46,041 nt of DNA from Candidatus Iainarchaeum sp. (lineage in GTDB: Archaea > Iainarchaeota > Iainarchaeia > Iainarchaeales > GW2011-AR10), in contig JACQJF010000039.1 in NCBI GenBank assembly GCA_016198165.1, forward strand, positions 1-46,041, given 5' to 3'. Below are positions 44,550-46,041 of the stretch, piece by piece. The notes under the pieces were generated by a model that searched no databases, was not told the DNA's origin, and saw nothing but the letters and a program-made list of their open reading frames with translations. The position numbers were made by a program, and so were the translations under genes. The stretch's first letter is position 1, and every line of letters begins with the position of its first letter.

Positions 44550-46041
44550 ATGAAGCTTGATTTTATTAACCCCCAAGATTTTTTTAAAAATTTTGTTGTT
44601 TTTATTTTGGGAATTCTGATTTTTTTAGTGTTGTTTGAAGTTTTTCTGCTTTTCACTGATGCGCCGGCTCAGCAAGAACAAGGGATAGATTCCTATCTGA
44701 AGAATTATAAAAGATGCTCTTTTGGGGTGAATCAAGCAGAATCAGGGGGCCAAATTCTGGATAACGCCGCAATTTTATTTGAAGAAGGAAAAGCGGCAAA
44801 AGCAAAAGGCGATATTGAGTTAGCGTTATCAAAATTTCAAGAGGCAGCCAAGCTTGCTTCGCAGGTATCAGAATTATATGAAGAAAAAGCAAGAACGGAA
44901 TTTATTCTTGGAATGTCTGGTGAAGCAGTACTTGATGCACAGAAGGCAATTGAACTGTGTGAAAAAAATTACCGGGCGCATATTATTGCCGGCGATGTTT
45001 TCTATGCGGCAGGGTTGAAAGTCCTTAGCTCAGTGGATAGTTCACAATTTGAGTTTGTTGAAGGGGATTATGCTATAAATGGGGAGTTATCTGAAGAAGT
45101 TGAAAATGCTCTACAAAACATAAACGCGGGAACACAACACTACAATACTGCTAATTTCATAAAAAACAGTTCTGTTTTATTCCCATTATGTGCTTTCAGA
45201 GATGACACTGTTACTGATTATAGTTTGTTGCCTAATTTCAGGACGGCAGTTCTCCTTGAGAAAATACTGTATTTTGTAAAAACTAATTCAATCGGGATAA
45301 GGGCTGATGAAGAATTCAAAGAAGAAAAACAGCAGGCAATTACAAGAGTTTTTTTTATGGGTGACAGTTACAGTTTTGGGTGGGGAGTGGACAGAAGTAA
45401 AAGCATGCCTTTTTTGCTTGAACAAAAACTGAATCAAAGCACAGGTGTAAAAAAATTTGAAGTAATGAATCTTTCAGTCCCTGGTTTTGACCCGATAAAA
45501 GAAAACCTTTTTTTTGACAAATTTTCGAATTTCAACCCCGATGTAGTTATAATCGGGTTTAATGGGACTGACATAGTAAAAGGCAATGAAGCACAACAGG
45601 ACTGCGTAAGCGTAACCAAGAATGGCTGCCTTTACAATAAAGAATGCAAATTGAGCGAAGAACACGGTTTTTTGGATGAATTTTTAGGGTGGTCTCATGC
45701 ATACACTTTTTTCAATAAAAAAATTAAGGATGTCACTGAGCCAAATAGTGCTTGGTCAGAGCAAAAAAGCGCATTAACCAGTTTAATTGAAAAAATAAGG
45801 TTAAAAAATGCTGTTCCGGTTATAGTTTTTATACCGTTGGTGGAAGTTCTAAGTGACAGGGATGCCTCCGACAGAAAGCTGGCTTTAGTTAAAAATCTTT
45901 CAAACGAAAAAAATGTTTTTCTGATTGATGTCAGTGATTCAATAATAGAAAAAAGTCATGCCCAAAAACTTTACTATGAAGTATTTGACGATCACACCAA
46001 TGCTTACGGAAATGAGGTAATTGCAGAAGAAATAGCCCGCA
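44550..46041 (+). CDS. TPR + SGNH/GDSL hydrolase, partial (runs off the right edge)
   Basis: Manual translation shows an N-terminal TM, TPR-like helices, TNSIGIR, RVFFMGDSYSFG (block I), EVMNLSVPG and DDHTNAYGN, all in one frame. Confidence 0.85.
   Translation, partial: MKLDFINPQDFFKNFVVFILGILIFLVLFEVFLLFTDAPAQQEQGIDSYLKNYKRCSFGVNQAESGGQILDNAAILFEEGKAAKAKGDIELALSKFQEAAKLASQVSELYEEKARTEFILGMSGEAVLDAQKAIELCEKNYRAHIIAGDVFYAAGLKVLSSVDSSQFEFVEGDYAINGELSEEVENALQNINAGTQHYNTANFIKNSSVLFPLCAFRDDTVTDYSLLPNFRTAVLLEKILYFVKTNSIGIRADEEFKEEKQQAITRVFFMGDSYSFGWGVDRSKSMPFLLEQKLNQSTGVKKFEVMNLSVPGFDPIKENLFFDKFSNFNPDVVIIGFNGTDIVKGNEAQQDCVSVTKNGCLYNKECKLSEEHGFLDEFLGWSHAYTFFNKKIKDVTEPNSAWSEQKSALTSLIEKIRLKNAVPVIVFIPLVEVLSDRDASDRKLALVKNLSNEKNVFLIDVSDSIIEKSHAQKLYYEVFDDHTNAYGNEVIAEEIAR

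Overview
This 46-kb window is archaeal chromosome, probably DPANN (Diapherotrites/Iainarchaeota-like). That assignment is an inference from an intron-containing tRNA, TATA-type promoters, a HEPN/MNT module and a PEF-like sorting signal. Housekeeping genes include a bacterial-type non-discriminating aspS followed by gatC, gatA, suhB and gatB, plus nth, an SDR threonine dehydrogenase, DsbA, an MBL exonuclease and tRNA-Ile(GAU). Accessory content includes three toxin-antitoxin pairs, two Fic genes, PLD and Zn-PLC-like enzymes, a phnDCE-like ABC transporter divergent from a DtxR regulator, and an SxtIJK-like carbamoyltransferase/SGNH cluster. There are also many Cys-rich surface proteins, among them a 1887-aa protein with about 37 six-cysteine repeats. 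Four kinds of non-coding structure are not explained by the genes. (1) Three copies of a ~95-bp twin-hairpin element have variable, compensated stems but a fixed TATAGCA-N13-TTTGAAC geometry at both ends; two near-identical copies in inverted orientation bracket the Cys-rich surface-gene block. (2) In two places a diverged copy of an upstream gene's 3' end marks an inserted or duplicated cassette, one of them a tandem mosaic adhesin pair. (3) Related inverted repeats surround both Fic genes. (4) Tandem DtxR/MntR-like boxes lie upstream of the phn-like transporter.
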